From Eledone cirrhosa (lineage: Eukaryota), in contig OZ024745.1 of assembly GCA_964016885.1 (NCBI GenBank), positions 50,158,001 through 50,222,000 on the forward strand: 64,000 nucleotides of DNA. Reading direction: 5' to 3'. The notes under the pieces are model-generated. The model did not search any database, was not told the DNA's origin, and saw only the letters and a list, made by a program, of their open reading frames with translations. The number at the start of each line of letters is the position of its first letter. Positions within the stretch are counted from its first letter, which is position 1. Shown in pieces: positions 26,060-40,300 of this stretch. Both the position numbers and the translations under genes were made by a program.

Positions 26060-26127
<68 letters not shown>

Positions 26128-26277
26128 GGAGATGGAAAAATAGTGAAAAGCCGGGCAAGCAACAGTGCAAACCAATGACGGAAGCCCACCACCATAATCA
26201 GTAGCAGTAGTAGTAGTAGCAACAGCAATTGTGGCAGCAAAAGTAAGTACTGCGTGGGTGACGGAGTAGTAGGGGTG

Positions 26278-27604
26278 GTGCGAGGTGACTGGGAACTGAA
26301 AGGTTAGAATGGGCGAAGGTAAGAAAGAAGGAAGGATAGTGTTGTGGTGGTGGTGGTGTTGGTGGTGATAGTTGTGTACTGTAATGTGGTGGTGGTGGTG
26401 GTGATGTACAGTAAGGTGATGGTGGTGGTGGTGTACTGTAATGTGATGGTGGTGGTGTAGTGTAATGTGATGGTGGTGGTGGTGTACTGTAATGTGATGG
26501 TGGTGGTGTACTGTAATATGGTGGTGGTGGTGTACTGTAATGTGATGGTGGTGGTGTACTGTAATGTGGTGGTAGTGGTGTACTGTAATATGGTGGTGGT
26601 GGTGTATTGTAATGTGGTGGTGGTGGTGTACTGTAATATGGTGGTGGTGGTGTACTTTAATGTGGTGGTGGTGGTGGTGTACTGTAATGTGGTGGTGGTG
26701 GTGGTGGTGTACTGTAATGTGGTGGTGGTGGTGTACTTTAATGTGGTGGTGGTGGTGGTGTACTGTAATGTGGTGGTGATGGTGGTGTACTTTAATGTGG
26801 TGATGGTGGTGTACTGTAATGTGGTGGTGATGGTAGTGTACTTTAATGTGGTGGTGGTGGTGGTGGTGGGGGTGTACTGTAATGTGGTGGTGGTGGTGTA
26901 CTTTAATGTGGTGGTGATGGTGGTGTACTTTAAGGTGGTGGTCGTGGTGGTGGTGTACTGTAATGTGGTGGTGATGGAGGTGTACTTTAATGTGGTGGTG
27001 GTGTACTGTAATATGGTGGTGGTGGTGGTGTACTTTAATGTGGTGGTGGTGGTGGTGCACTGTAATGTGGTGGTGATGGTGGTGTACTTTAATGTGGTGG
27101 TAGTGGTGTACTGTAATATGGTGGTGGTGGTGTACTGTAATATGGTGGTGGTGGTGGTGTACTTTAATGTGGTGGTGGTGGTGTACGGTAATATGGTGGT
27201 GATGGTGGTGTACTTTAATGTGGTGGTGTTGGTGTACTTTAATATGGTGGGGGTTCACTTCAACGTGATGGTGCTAGTGGTGCACGTTAATGTGGCGATG
27301 GTGCACTTTAATATAGCGGCAGTGCACTTTAATGTGGTGGTGCACTTTTAGCGGCCATATTCTCGTTGGTTTCTTTCCTTTAACGCAGCCATGTCATCTC
27401 GTCCTAACGATATATCTGTCAGAGAGAGAGAGTGAGAGAGAGTGGGAGGAAGAGATAAAGGGAGTGGGAGGTGAGAGTAGCATAGATGATAGAGAGGTGG
27501 AAAGGTAGGAGAGGGAGGTAAATAGACAGAGGTGGTGGGAAACGTAGAAAAAAGGTTAGTGATAGAGGGAGGAGGGAAGAGACATTAGGATTGATGATGC
27601 AATG

Positions 27605-27676
<72 letters not shown>

Positions 27677-30600
27677 GAAGGGGGGAGATAGAGAAAGATA
27701 TAAGGTTGAAGGGAGGAAGGAGGTAGATAGACAGAGATGATAGAGGTGGGGGAGAGGGAAGGAGGTAGATAGACAGAGATGATAGAGGTGGGGGAGGAGA
27801 GGGAAGGAGGTAGATAGACAGAGATGATAGAGGTGGGAGGGGAAGAGGTAGATAGACAGAGATGATAGAGTTGGTGGAGGGGAGGGAAGGAGGTAGATAG
27901 ACAGAGATGATAGAGGTGGGAGGGGAAGGAGGTAGATAGACAGAGATGATAGAGGTGGGGGGAGGAGAGGGAAGGAGGTAGATAGACAGAGATGATAGTG
28001 GTGGGGGGAGGAGAGGGAAGGAGGTAGATAGACAGAGATGATAGTGGTGGGGGGAAGAGAGGGAAGGAGGTAGATAGACAGAGATGATAGAGGTGGTGGG
28101 AGGAGAGGGAAGGAGGTAGATAGACAGAGATGATAGTGGTGGGGGGACGAGAGGGAAGGAGGTAGATAGACAGAGATGATATTGGTGGGGGGAGGAGAGG
28201 GAAGGAGGTAGATAGACAGAGATGATAGTGGTGGGGGGAGGAGAGGGAAGGAGGTAGATAGACAGAGATGATAGTGGTGGGGGGAGGAGAGGGAAGGAGG
28301 TAGATAGACAGAGATGATAGTGGTGGGGGGAGGAGAGGGAAGGAGGTAGATAGACAGAGATGATAGTGGTGGGGGGAGGAGAGGGAAGGAGGTAGATAGA
28401 CAGAGATGATAGAGGTGGGGGGAGGAGAGGGAAGGAGGTAGATAGACAGAGATGATAGTGGTGGGGGGAGGAGAGGGAAGGAGGTAGATAGACAGAGATG
28501 ATAGAGGTGGGGGGAGGAGAGGGAAGGAGGTAGATAGACAGAGATGATAGAGGTGGGGGGAGGAGAGGGAAGGAGGTAGAGAGACAGAGATGATAGTGGT
28601 GGGGGGAGGAGGGGGGAGGAGGTAGATAGACAGAGATGATGGAGGTGGGGGGAGGAGAGGGAAGGAGGTAGATAGACAGAGATGATAGTGGTGGGGGGAG
28701 GAGAGGGAAGGAGGTAGATAGACAGAGATGATAGAGGTGGGGGGAGGAGAGGGAAGGAGGTAAATAGACAGAGATGATAGAGGTAGGTGAGGTGCGAGGT
28801 GACTGGGAACTGAAAGGTAAGAATGGGCGAAGGTAAGAAAGAAGGATAGTGTTGTGGTGGTGGTGGTGGTGGTGTACTGTAATGTGGTGGTGGTGGTGTA
28901 CTGTAATGTGGTGGTGGTGGTGTACTGTAATGTGGTGGTGGTGGTGTACTGTAATGTGGTGGTGGTGGTGGTGTACTTTAATATGGAGGTGGTGGTGGTG
29001 TACTGTAATGTGGTGGTGGTGGTGTACTGTAATGTGGTTTGTGGTGGTGGTGTACTTTAATATGGAGGTGGTGGTGTACTGTAATGTGGTGGTGGTGGTG
29101 GTGTACTGTAATATGGTGGTGGTGGTAGTGTACTGTAATGTGGTGGTGGTGGTGGTGGTGGTGTACTGTAAAGTGGTGGTGGTGGTGTACTGTAAGGTGG
29201 TGGTGGTGGTGGTGTACTGTAATGTGGTGGTGGTGGTGGTGTACTGTAATGTGGTGGTGGTGGTGTACTGTAATGTGGTGGTGGTGGTGGTGGTGGTGTA
29301 CTGTAATGTGGTGGTGGTGGTGGTGGTGTACTGTAATGTGGTGGTGGTGGTGTACTGTAATGTGGTGGTGGTGGTGGTGGTGTACTGTAATGTGGTGGTG
29401 GTGGTGGTGGTGGTGTACTGAAATGTGGTGGTGGTGGTGTACTGTAAAATGGTGGTGGTGGTGGTGGTGTACTGTAATGTGGTGGTGGTGGTGGTGGTGG
29501 TGTACTGTAATGTGGTGGTGGTGGTGTACTGTAATGTGGTGGTGGTGGTGTACTGTAATGTGGTGGTGGTGGTGGTGCACTGTAATATGGTGGTGGTGGT
29601 GGTGTACTGTAATATGGTGGTGGTGGTGTACTGTAATATGGTGGTGGTGGTGGTGTACTGTAATATGGTGGTGGTGGTGTACTGTAATATGGTGGTGGTG
29701 GTGTACTGTAATGTGGTGGTGGTGGTGTACTGTAATATGGTGGTGGTGGTGTACTGTAATGTGGTGGTGGTGTACTTTAATAAGGTGGTGGTGGTGGTGC
29801 ACTGTAATATGGTGGTGGTGGTGGTGTACTTTAATATGGTGGTGGTGGTGGTGCACTGTAATATGGTGGTGGTGGTGGTGTACTTTAATATGGTGGTGGT
29901 GGTGGTGCACTGTATTATGGTGGTGGTGGTCTACTGTAATATGGTGGTGGTGGTGTACTGTAATATGGTGGTGGTGGTGGTGTACTTTAATATGGTGGTG
30001 GTGGTGGTGCACTGTATTATGGTGGTGGTGGTCTACTGTAATATGGTGGTGGTGGTGTACTGTAATATGGTGGTGGTGGTGGTGTACTTTAATATGGTGG
30101 TGGTGGTGCACTGTAATATGGTGGTGGTGGTGTACTTTAATATGGTGGTGGTGGTGGTGCACTGTATTATGGTGGTGGTGGTCTACTGTAATATGGTGGT
30201 GGTGGTGTACTGTAATATGGTGGTGGTGGTGGTGTACTTTAATATGGTGGTGGTGGTGCACTGTAATATGGTGGTGGTGGTGGTGTACTGTAATGTGGTG
30301 GTGGTGGTGTACTGTAATATGGAGGTGGTGGTGTACTGTAATGTGGTGGTGGTGGTGTACTGTAATGTGGTGGTGGTAGTGGTGTACTTTAATATGGTGG
30401 TGGTGGTGGTGCACTGTAATATGGTGGTGGTGGTGGTGTACTGTAATATGGTGGTGGTGGTGTACTGTAATATGGTGGTGGTGGTGGTGTACTGTAATAT
30501 GGTGGTGGTGGTGTACTGTAATATGGTGGTGGTGGTGTACTGTAATGTGGTGGTGGTGGTGGTGTACTTTAATATGGTGGTGGTGGTGGTGCACTGTAAT

Positions 30601-32649
30601 ATGGTGGTGGTGGTGGTGTACTTTAATATGGTGGTGGTGGTGGTGCACTGTAATATGGTGGTGGTGGTGGTGTACTTTAATATGGTGGTGGTGGTGGTGC
30701 ACTGTATTATGGTGGTGGTGGTCTACTGTAATATGGTGGTGGTGGTGTACTGTAATATGGTGTTGGTGGTGGTGTACTTAATATGGTGGTGGTGGTGCAC
30801 TGTAATATGGTGGTGGTGGTGGTGTACTTTAATATGGTGGTGGTGGTGTACTGTAATGTGGTGGTGGTGGTGGTGTACTGTAATGTGGTGGTGGTGGTGT
30901 ACTGTAATATGGAGGTGGTGGTGTACTGTAATGTGGTGGTGGTGGTGTACTGTAATGTGGTGGTGGTAGTGGTGTACTTTAATATGGTGGTGGTGGTGGT
31001 GCACTGTAATATGGTGGTGGTGGTGGTGTACTTTAATATGGAGGTGGTGGTGTACTGTAATGTGGTGGTGGTGGTGCACTGTAATATGGTGGTGGTGGTG
31101 GTGTACTTTAATATGGTGGTGGTGGTGGTGCACTGTAATATGGTGGTGGTGGTGGTGGACTTTAATATGGAGGTGGTGGTGTACTGTAATGTGGTGGTGG
31201 TGGTGCACTGTAATATGGTGGTGGTGGTGGTGTACTTTAATATGGAGGTGGTGGTGTACTGTAATGTGGTGATGGTAGTGGTGTACTTTAATATGGTGGT
31301 GGTGGTGGTGCACTGTAATATGGTGGTGGTGGTGGTGTACTTTAATATGGTGGTGGTGGTGGTGCACTGTAATATGGTGGTGGTGGTGGTGCACTGTAAT
31401 ATGGTGGTGGTGGTGTACTGTAATGTGGTGGTGGTGGTGTACTGTAATGTGGTGGTGGTGGTGTACTGTAATGTGGTGGTGGTGGTGTACTGTAATGTGG
31501 TGGTGGTGGTGTACTGTAATGTGGTGGTGGTGGTGGTGGTGGTGGTGTACTGTAATGTGGTGGTGGTGGTGGTGTACTTTAATATGGTGGTGGTGGTGTA
31601 CTGTAATGTGGTGGTGGTGGTGGTGTACTGTAATATGGTGGTGGTGGTGGTGGTGCACTGTAATATGGTGGTGGTGGTGTACTGTAATGTGGTGGTGGTG
31701 GTGGTGGTGTACTGTAATATGGTGGTGGTGGTGGTGTACTTTAATATGGTGGTGGTGGTGCACTGTAATATGGTGGTGGTGGTGGTGTACTTTAATATGG
31801 AGGTGGTGGTGGTGTACTGTAATATGGTGGTGGTGGTGGTGGTGTACTGTAATATGGTGGTGGTGGTGGTGTACTGTAATATGGTGGTGGTGGTGTACTG
31901 TAATATGGTGGTGGTGGTGTACTGTAATGTGGTGGTGGTGGTGTACTGTAATATGGTGGTGGTGGTGTACTGTAATGTGGTGGTGGTGGTGTACTGTAAT
32001 ATGGTGGTGGTGGTGTACTGTAATGTGGTGGTGGTGTTGGTGTACTGTAATATGGAGGTGGTGGTGGTGTACTGTAATGTGGTGGTGGTGGTGGTGTACT
32101 GTAATGTGGTGGTGATGGTGCACTGTAATATGGTGGTGGTGGTGTACTGTAATGTGGTGGTGGTGGTGTACTGTAATGTGGTGGTGGTGGTGTACTGTAA
32201 TGTGGTGGTGGTGGTGTACTGTAATGTGGTGGTGGTGGTGGTGTACTTTAATATGGTTGTGGTGGTGGTGTACTTTAATATGGTGGTGGTGGTGGTTCAC
32301 TTCAACGTGATGGTGCTAGTGGTGCACGTTAATGTGGCGATGGTGCACTTTAATATAGCGGCAGTGCACTTTAATGTGGTGGTGCACTTTTAGCGGCCAT
32401 ATTCTCGTTGGTTTCTTTCCTTTAACGCAGCCATGTCATCTCGTCCTAACGAAATATCTGTCAGAGAGAGAGAGTGAGAGAGAGTGGGAGGAAGAGATAA
32501 AGGGAGTGGGAGGAGAGAGTAGCATAGATGATAGAGAGGTGGAAAGGTAGGAGAGGGAGGTAAATAGACAGAGGTGGTGGGAGACGTAGAAAAAAGGTTA
32601 GTGATAAAGGGAGGAGGGAAGAGACATTAGGATTGCTGATCCAGCAATG

Positions 32650-32695
<46 letters not shown>

Positions 32696-35600
32696 GAAGG
32701 AGGGAGATAGACAAAGATGATAGAGGTGGGAGGAAGGCGGTAGATAAACAGAGATGATTGAGGTGGGGGAGAGGGAAGGAGGTAGATAGATTGAGATGAT
32801 AGAGGTGGGAGGAGAGAGGGAATGAGGTAGATAGACAGAGATGATAGTGGTGGGGGAGGTGCGAGGTGACTGGGAACTGAAAGGTAAGAATGGGCGAAGA
32901 AAGAAGGAAGGATAGTGTTGTGGTGGTGGTGGTGGTGGTTTACTGTAATGTGGTGGTGGTGGTGGTGTACTGTAATGTGACGGTGGTGGTGGTGTACTTT
33001 AACATGATGGTGATGGTAGTGTACTGTAATGTGGTGGTGGTGGTGATGTACTGTAATGTGGTGGTGGTGGTGATGTACTGTAATGTGGTGGTGGTGGTGG
33101 TGTACTGTGATGGGGTGGTGGTGGCGTACTGTAATGTGGTTGTGGTGGTGGTGGTGATGTACTGTAATGTGGTGGTGGTGGTGTACTGTGATGGGGTGGT
33201 GGTGGCGTACTGTAATGTGGTTGTGGTGGTGGTGTATTTTAACATGATGGTGGTGGTGGTGTACTGTAATGTGGTGGTGGTGGTGGTGTACTGTAATGTG
33301 GTGGTGGTGGTGTACTGTAATGTGGGGGTGGTGGTGTACTGTAATATGGTGGTGGTGGTGGTGGTGTACTGTAATATGGTGGTGGTGGTGTACTGTAATG
33401 TGGTGGTGGTGTTGGTGTACTGTAATGTGGTGGTGGTGGTGTACTGTAATATGGTGGTGGTGGTGGTGTACTGTAATATGACGGTGGTGGTGGTGTACTT
33501 TAACATGATGGTGGTGGTGGTGTACTGTAATGTGGTGGTGGTGGTGGTGTACTGTAATGTGACGGTGGTGGTGGTGTACTTTAACATGATGGTGGTGGTG
33601 GTGTACTGTAATGTGGTGGTGGTGGTGGTGTACTGTTATATGGTGGTGGTGGTGGTGTACTGTAATGTGGAGGTGGTGGTGTACTGTAATGTGCTGGTTG
33701 TGGTGGTGTACTGTAATGTGGTGGTGGTGGTGTACTGTAATGTGGTGGTGGTGCTGTACTGTAATGTGGTGGTGGTGGTGGTGGTGGTGTACTGTAATGT
33801 GGTGGTGGTGGTGTACTGTAATGTGGTGGTGGTGGTGGTGTACTGTAATGTGGTGGTGGTGGTGTACTGTAATATGGTGGTGGTGGTGGTGTACTGTAAT
33901 GTGACGGTGGTGGTGGTGTACTTTAACATGATGGTGGTGGTGGTGTACTGTAATGTGGTGGTGGTGGTGGTGTACTGTAATGTGGTGCTGGTGGTGGTGG
34001 TGTACTGTAATGTGGTGGTGGTGGTGGTGGTGTACTGTAATGTGGAGGTGGTGGTGTACTCTAATGTGCTGGTGGTGGTGGTGTACTGTAATGTGGTGGT
34101 GGTGGTGTACTGTAATGTGGTGGTGGTGGTGGTGGTGTACTGTAATGTGGTGGTGGTGGTGTACTGTAATGTGGTGGTGGTGGTGTACTGTAATGTGACG
34201 GTGGTGGTGGTGGTGGTGTACTGTAATGTGGTGGTGGTGGTGTACTGTAATGTGGTGGTGGTGGTGTACTGTAATATGGTGGTGGTGGCGTACTGTAATG
34301 TGGTGGTAGTGGTGGTGTACTGTAATGTGGTGGTGGTAGTGTACTGTAATGTGGTGGTGGTGGTGTACTGTAATGTGGTGGTAGTGGTGGTGTACTGTAA
34401 TATAGTGGTGGTGGTGTACTGTAATGTGGTGGTAGTGGTGTACTGTAATGTGGTGGTGGTGGTGTACTGTAATGTGGTGGTGGTGGTGTACTGTAATGTG
34501 GTGGTGGTGGTGTACTCTAATGTGGTGGTGGTGGTGTACTGTAATGTGGTGGTGGTGGTGGTGTACTGTAATGTGGTGGTGGTGGTGTACTCTAATGTGG
34601 TGGTGGTGGTGTACTGTAATGTGGTGGTCGTGGTGTACTGTAATGTGGTGGTGGTGGTGTACTGTAATGTGACGGTGGTGGTGGTGGTGGTGGTGGTGTA
34701 CTGTAATCTGGTGGTGGTGGTGGTGTACTGTAATGTGGTGGTGGTGTACTGTAATGTGGTGGTGGTAGTGTACTGTAATGTGGTGGTGGTGGTGTACTGT
34801 AATGTGGTGGTAGTGGTGGTGTACTGTAATATGGTGGTGGTGGTGTACTGTAATGTGGTGGTAGTGGTGTACTGTAATGTGGTGGTGGTGGTGTACTGTA
34901 ATGTGGTGCTGGTGGTGGTGGTGTACTGTAATGTGGTGGTGGTGGTGGTGGTGTACTGTAGTGTGGTGGTGGTGGTGTACTGTAATGTGGTGGTGGTGAT
35001 GGTGGTGTACTGTAATATGGTGGTGGTGGTGGTGGTGTACTGTAATGTGGTGGTGGTAGTGTACTGTAATGTGGTGGTGGTGGTGTACTGTAATGTGGTG
35101 GTGGTGATGGTGGTGTACTGTAATATGGTGGTGGTGGTGGTGGTGGTGTACTGTAATGTGGTGGTGGTAGTGTACTGTAATGTGGTGGTGGTGATGGTGT
35201 TGTACTGTAATATGGTGGTGGTGGTGGTGGTGTACTGTAATGTGGTGGTGGTGGTGGTGTACTGTAATATGGTGGTGGTGGTGGTGTACTGTAATGTGGT
35301 GGTGGTGGTGGTGGTGTACTGTAATGTGGTGGTGGTGGAGGTGGTGTACTGTAATATGGTGGTGGTGGTGGTGTACTGTAATGTGGTGGTGGTGGTGGTG
35401 TACTGTAATATGGTGGTGGTGGTGGTGTACTGTAATGTGGTGGTGGTGGTGGTGGTGGTGGTGTACTGTAATGTGGTGGTAGTGGTGTACTGTAATGTGG
35501 TGGTGGTGGTGTACTGTAATGTGGTGGTGGTGGTGTACTGTAATGTGGTGGTGGTGGTGGTGTACTTTAATGTGGTGGTAGTGGTGGTGGTGGTGGTGTA

Positions 35601-36769
35601 CTGTAATGTGGTGGTGGTGGTGTACTGTAATGTGGTGGTGGTGGTGTACTGTAATATGGTGGTGGTGGTGTACTGTAATGTGGTGGTAGTGGTGTACTGT
35701 AATGTGGTGGTAGTGGTGTACTGTAATATGGTGGTGGTGGTGTACTGTAATGTGGTGGTGGTGGTGGTGGTGGTGTACTGTAATGTGGTGGTGGTGGTGT
35801 ACTGTAATGTGGTGGTGGTGGTGTACTCTAATGTGGTGGTGGTGGTGGTGTACTTTAATGTGGTGGTGGTGGTGTACTGTAATGTGGTGGTGGTGGTGGT
35901 GTATTTTAATGTGGTGGTGGTGGTGGTGGTGGTGTACTATAATATGGTTGTGGTGGTGGTGTACTTTAATATGGTGGTGGTGGTGGTGGTTCACTTCAAC
36001 GTGATGGTGCTAGTGGTGCACGTTAATGTGGCGATGGTGCACTTTAATATAGCGGCAGTGCACTTTAATGTGGTGGTGCACTTTTAGCGGCCATATTCTC
36101 GTTGGTTTCTTTCCTTTAACGCAGCCATGTCATCTCGTCCTAACGAAATATCTGTCAGAGAGAGAGAGTGAGAGAGAGTGGGAGGAAGAGATAAAGGGAG
36201 TGGGAGGAGAGAGTAGCATAGATGATAGAGAGGTGGAAAGGTAGGAGAGGGAGGTAAATAGACAGAGGTGGTGGGAGACGTAGAAAAAAGGTTAGTGATA
36301 AAGGGAGGAGGGAAGAGACATTAGGATTGCTGATCCAGCAATGGAGGATAGAGAGAGAGAGAGATAGAGAGAGACAGAGAGAGAGAGAGAGGTGAAGGAG
36401 GGAGATAGACAGAGATGATAGAGGTGGGGGAGGAGAGGGAAAGAGGTAGATAGACAGAGATGATAGAGGTGGGGGAGGAGAGGGAAAGAGGTAGATAGAT
36501 TGAGATGATAGTGGTGGGGGGAGGAGAGGAAAACAGGTAGATAGACAGAGATGATAGAGGTGGGGGGAGGAGAGGAAGGAGGTAGATAGACAGAGATGAT
36601 AGTGGTGGGGGGAGGAGAGGGAAGGAGGGAAGGAGAGAGTAGCATAGACGATAGAGAGGTGGAAAGGTAGGAGAGGGAGGTAAATAGACAGAGGTGGTGG
36701 GAGACGTAGAAAAAAGGTTAGTGATAAAGGGAGGAGGGAAGAGACATTAGGATTGATGATCCAGCAATG

Positions 36770-36842
<73 letters not shown>

Positions 36843-37340
36843 GAGAGTGAGATGTGAAGGAGGTAGATAGAGAAAGATATAAGGTTGAAGGGGGGAAGGA
36901 GGTAGATAGACAGAGATGATAGAGGTGGGGGAGAGGGAAGGAGGTAGATAGAGATGATACAGGTGGGGGGAGGAGAGGGAAGGAGGTAGATAGATAGAGA
37001 TGATACAGGTGGGGAGGGAAGGAGGTAGATAGACAGAGATGATAGAGTAGGGGGAGAGGGAAGCAGGTAGACAGAGATGATAGAGGTGGGAGGAGGAGAG
37101 GGAAGGAGGTAGATAGACAGAGATGATACAGGTGGGGAGGGAAGGAGGTAGATAGACAGAGATGATAGAGTAGGGGGAGAGGGAAGCAGGTAGACAGAGA
37201 TGATAGAGGTGGGAGGAGGAGAGGGAAGGAGGTAGATAGACAGAGTTGATAGAGGTGGTGGTGGTCGTTGAGGTAAGTGGTGGTGGTTATGGTGGTGGTG
37301 GTTGTGATGGTGCTGGTGGTTGAGGTAAGTAGTGGTGATT
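26278..37340 (+). repeat. Three tandem composite macro-units, each made of a junction tag, TACTGTAAT(GTG)n minisatellite, ~170-bp unique tag, (GA)n and ~45-bp purine-rich minisatellite
   Basis: Junction GTGCGAGGTGACTGGGAACTGAAAGG at 26278, 28792 and 32859. Unique tag TTCACTTCAACGTG...ATATCTGTC at ~27253, ~32295 and ~35989. Confidence 0.93.
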
Positions 37341-37344
37341 TGTA

Positions 37345-40300
37345 GTGGACACCTCACTACATTACACCACTCTACACCACACCATAATATATCAGTCAAC
37401 ACCACACTACACCACAACACAGGACACCACACCACACCACACCACAACACAGGACACCACACCACACCACACCACACTACACCACAGCACAGGACACCTC
37501 ACTACATTACACCACAGTACACCACACCATAATATATCAGTCAACACCACACCACACCACACCACATCACACTACACCACAACACAGGACATCTCACTAC
37601 ATTACACCACAGTACACCACACCATAATATATCAGTCAACACCACACCACACCACACCACACCACACTACACCACAGCACAGGACACCTCACTACATTAC
37701 ACCACAGTACACCACACCATAATATATCAGCCAACACCACACCACACCACACCACACTACACCACAGCACAGGACACCTCACTACATTACACCACAGTAC
37801 ACCACACCATAATATATCAGTCAACACCACACCACACCACACCACACCACACTACACCACAGCACAGGACACCTCACTACATTACACCACAGTACACCAC
37901 ACCATAATATATCAGCCAACACCACACCACACCACACTACACCACAGCACAGGACACCTCACTACATTACACCACAGTACACCACACCATAATATATCAG
38001 TCAACACCACACCACACCACACCACATCACACTACACCACAACACAGGACACCTCACTACATTACACCACAGTACACCACACCATAATATATCAGTCAAC
38101 ACCACACCACACCACACCACACCACACTACACCACAACCCAGGACACCTCACTACATGGCACCACTGTACACCACACCATAATATATCAGCCAACACCAC
38201 ACCACACCACACTACACCACAGCACAGGACACCTCACTACATTACACCACAGTACACCACACCATAATATATCAGCCAACACCACACCACACCACACTAC
38301 ACCACAACACAGGACACCTCACTATATTACACCACTGTACACCACACCATAATATATCAGTCAACACCACACCACACCACACCACACCACACTACACCAC
38401 AACACAGGACACCTCACTATATTACACCACTGTACACCACACCATAATATATCAGTCAACACCACACGACACCACACCACAACCCAGGACACCTAACTAC
38501 ATTACACCACTGTACACCACACCATAATATATCAGTCAACACCACACCACACTACACCACAACCCAGGACACCTAACTACATTACACCACTGTACACCAC
38601 ACCATAATATATCAGTCAACACCACACGACACCACACCACAACCCAGGACACCTAACTACATTACACCACTGTACACCACACCATAATATATCAGTCAAC
38701 ACCACACGACACCACACCACAACCCAGGACACCTCACTACATTACACCACTGTACACCACACCATAATATATCAGTCAACACCACACCACACTACACCAC
38801 AACACAGGACACCTCACTACATTACACCACTGTACACCACACCATAATATATCAGTCAACACCACACTACACTACACCACAACACAGGTCACCACACCAC
38901 ACCACACCACACTACACCACAACACAGGACACCACACCATAATATATCAGTCAACACGACACCACACCACACCACACTACACCACAACCCAGGACACCTC
39001 ACTACATTACATCACAGTACACCACACCATAATATATCAGCCAACACCACACCACATCACACGACACTACACCACAGCACAGGACAGCTCACTACATTAC
39101 ACCACTGTATACCACACCATAATATATCAGCCAACACCACACCACACCACACGACACGACACCACAGCACAGGACAGCTCACTACATTACACCACTGTAC
39201 ACCACACCATAATATATCAGCCAACACCACACCACACCACACGACACTACACCACAGCACAGGACAGCTCACTACATTACACCACTGTACACCACACCAT
39301 AATATATCAGCCAACACCACACCACACCACACGACACTACACCACAACCCAGGACACCTCACTACATTACACCACTGTACACCACACCATAATATATCAG
39401 CCAACACCACACCACACCACACGTCACTACACCACAGCACAGGACAGCTCACTACATTACACCACTGTACACCACACCATAATATATCAGCCAACACCAC
39501 ACCACACCACACGACACTACACCACAACCCAGGACACCTCACTACATTACACCACTGTACACCACACCATAATATATCAGCCAACACCACACCACACCAC
39601 ACGACACTACACCACAGCACAGGACAGCTCACTACATTACACCACTGTACACCACACCATAATATATCAGCCAACACCACACCACACCACACGACACTAC
39701 ACCACAACCCAGGACACCTCACTACATTACACCACTGTACACCACACCATAATATATCAGCCAACACCACACCACACCACACGACACTACACCACAGCAC
39801 AGGACAGCTCACTACATTACACCACTGTACACCACACCATAATATATCAGCCAACACCACACCACACCACACCACACCACACCCCAACACTGGACACCTC
39901 ACTACATTACACCACTGTACACCACACCATAATATATCAGCCAACACCACATCACACCACACTACACCACAGCAGGGGACACCTCACTACATTACACCAC
40001 TGTACACCACACCATAATATATCAGCCAACACCACACCACACTACACCACAACCCAGGACACCTCACTACATTACACCACTGTACACCACACCATAATAT
40101 ATCAGCCAACACCACACCACACTACACCCCAACACTGGACACCTCCCTACATTACACCACTGTACACCACACCATAATATATCAGCCAACACCAGACCAC
40201 ACCACACCACAACAGTGGACACCTCACTACAACACACCATAATATATCAGTCAATACCACACCACACTACACCACAACACAGGACACCACACCACACCAC

